From Haliotis cracherodii (taxonomy: Eukaryota), in assembly GCF_022045235.1 (NCBI RefSeq), contig NW_027266343.1, positions 56,172,001-56,236,000 of the forward strand: DNA of 64,000 bases, given 5' to 3'. Under the pieces are notes generated by a model, which was not told where the DNA came from, searched no databases, and was given only the letters and a program-made list of their open reading frames with translations. A program made the translations under genes and the position numbers. Below are positions 62,533-64,000 of the stretch, piece after piece. The number at the start of each line of letters is the position of its first letter. The first letter of the stretch is position 1.

Positions 62533-62557
62533 TGGGGGGGGGGGGGGGGGGGGGGGG
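62533..62557. repeat. Poly-G run (25 nt)
   Basis: Homopolymer visible in the sequence. Confidence 0.9.
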
Positions 62558-62947
62558 TATGTATATGACTGTAAATAGAATAAAGAACCAAAATATCAGT
62601 GCTCTCTGTATATATTCATATATATGTGTCTGGCGATGGGAACCGTCAAAATAATGTGAATGTTTGGGTTTGACAGAAAGCGTTCAACATGCATTGAATA
62701 ATAGTGTCAAAATCTCAAACAGGGCACTCGGTTATGTCAACGTAAGTCTCTCTTTATGCATATTTTAGTTTATGACGGGGGTAATAATCACATTTAGATA
62801 ATATGAAGTGCAACAAAATGGTCCTATGCATTCTATGCAAAGTGCTAAGACTGTCGGATACGGACATGGACGTTTCTTATGTCTTGTGAGTTCTCTTCAC
62901 CAAAAAAATATTTCTTTGATGCACCGTGCCTGGCTCTTACTGTACTG

Positions 62948-63016
62948 TACGCCGTGATATAACTGGAATACTGTTAAAAGCGGCGTTAAACCCAACTCAC
63001 TCACTCACGCACTCAC
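62948..63016 (+). mobile_element. SINE 3' tail fragment (family 2)
   Basis: 'acgccgtgatataactggaatactgttaaaagcggcgttaaacccaactcactcactcac'. Confidence 0.75.
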
Positions 63017-63712
63017 TACTGTACTGTAAATTCAGATGATTTATCCAGTACCTTGTACCGTGACTGCAACTGATGTACACTCATTAAATGTTTAAAATAC
63101 CTGAGATCAGATGTACAAAAACATCAACATCCATATGCAACACCAGCTACGTCACATTTCAATCATATATGTTATATCAGTGCGCGTAAAGGTAAGCGTA
63201 TCCTGACCCATCTGTGGCACCCGTAACAAACACAGGCAAAGGCAAGTCAATTGTTCAACAGAAAAAAATATGGGAACATATGGTACAAGTCAAAATAGGA
63301 AATTGCATCGAACATTATTTTTGTTATCGATGCATCCAATTCGTCCTTTTTTCAGTGTCCAGCATTCATGTTTTGTTGTATTCACTGCTCAATTATTCGT
63401 GCAAGTTCCTGTGAAAAGGGTAAACACGACATCGCAATATAACATGCATGAGACAATCATGTTATAAGGGATTTAAAAAGTGATTTGACGAGACGAGGCA
63501 ATACGTTAAAATAGGTGGCAACTGAGCACATTTATCCGTCTTGTAAAGCACATTATCACAGACCCTGTCATCTGTGATACATAGGGACAAGACCTAGATT
63601 ATCTGTGTTCAATGTTATATAAAGTAATGTAATTCCTAATTGAGAAAACTCGTTGCACAGACTTGATTATCACATATCGTTTCATTGTTATAAACGTCCC
63701 CCTAATAAAACG

Positions 63713-63930
63713 GAGGCACGGATTGGCACGGTCGTCTAAGGCGCCAGAATGCGGTAGTGGTTCGAATCCTGGTTCGCCCTGATTATGTTTCTAGGTTTGT
63801 CAGCATCATAACCGAATTCGTGGGCTTCACCAAAGTGGTTTATTGTCAGATATCTGCATCACTTCGGGTTTCCTCACACACTAAGTTGATAAAACTTGAA
63901 TACTGTTCGAAATGGTGTTAAACCCAATCC
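63713..63930 (+). mobile_element. tRNA-derived SINE (family 2), diverged
   Basis: 'ggttcgaatcctggttcgccctgattatgtttctaggtttgtcagc' is homologous to 23529-23780 and 7910-8130. Confidence 0.7.
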
Positions 63931-64000
63931 CCACTAAATAGATAATGAAGTCAACACGTATATCACAGAATAAGCGGTAATAGGAGCAAAGATATGAACG

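Overview
Eukaryotic, AT-rich, gapped draft-assembly DNA. The (ACTC)n-tailed SINEs and Penelope-like relics suggest a mollusc, possibly abalone/Haliotis (inference). The first ~25 kb is transposon debris: a near-full-length but inactivated I/Nimb-type LINE (ORF1 with three CCHC knuckles; ORF2 APE-RT-RNase H) whose 5' end folds into an HDV-like ribozyme followed by a double pseudoknot, plus SINEs, Penelope-like, L2/CR1 and MULE relics, a MITE with a 9-bp TSD and a 2-kb TG-rich satellite. From ~25.7 to 61 kb lies a cluster of three-exon genes for small secreted Gly/Tyr/Leu/Met-rich proteins built from GGLYGGM repeats. They sit as head-to-head A(-)/B(+) pairs sharing a ~300-bp bidirectional promoter. 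Four recent ~6.8-7.4 kb tandem units give 8 intact genes. An older B copy has lost its partner and carries a nonsense codon, and an older A copy has a decayed partner. This architecture (divergent pairs, short shared promoter, tandem amplification, patchwork exchange between units) parallels the silkmoth chorion locus. Gene models were built by eye from splice, TATA and poly(A) signals conserved between copies. No database searches were run.
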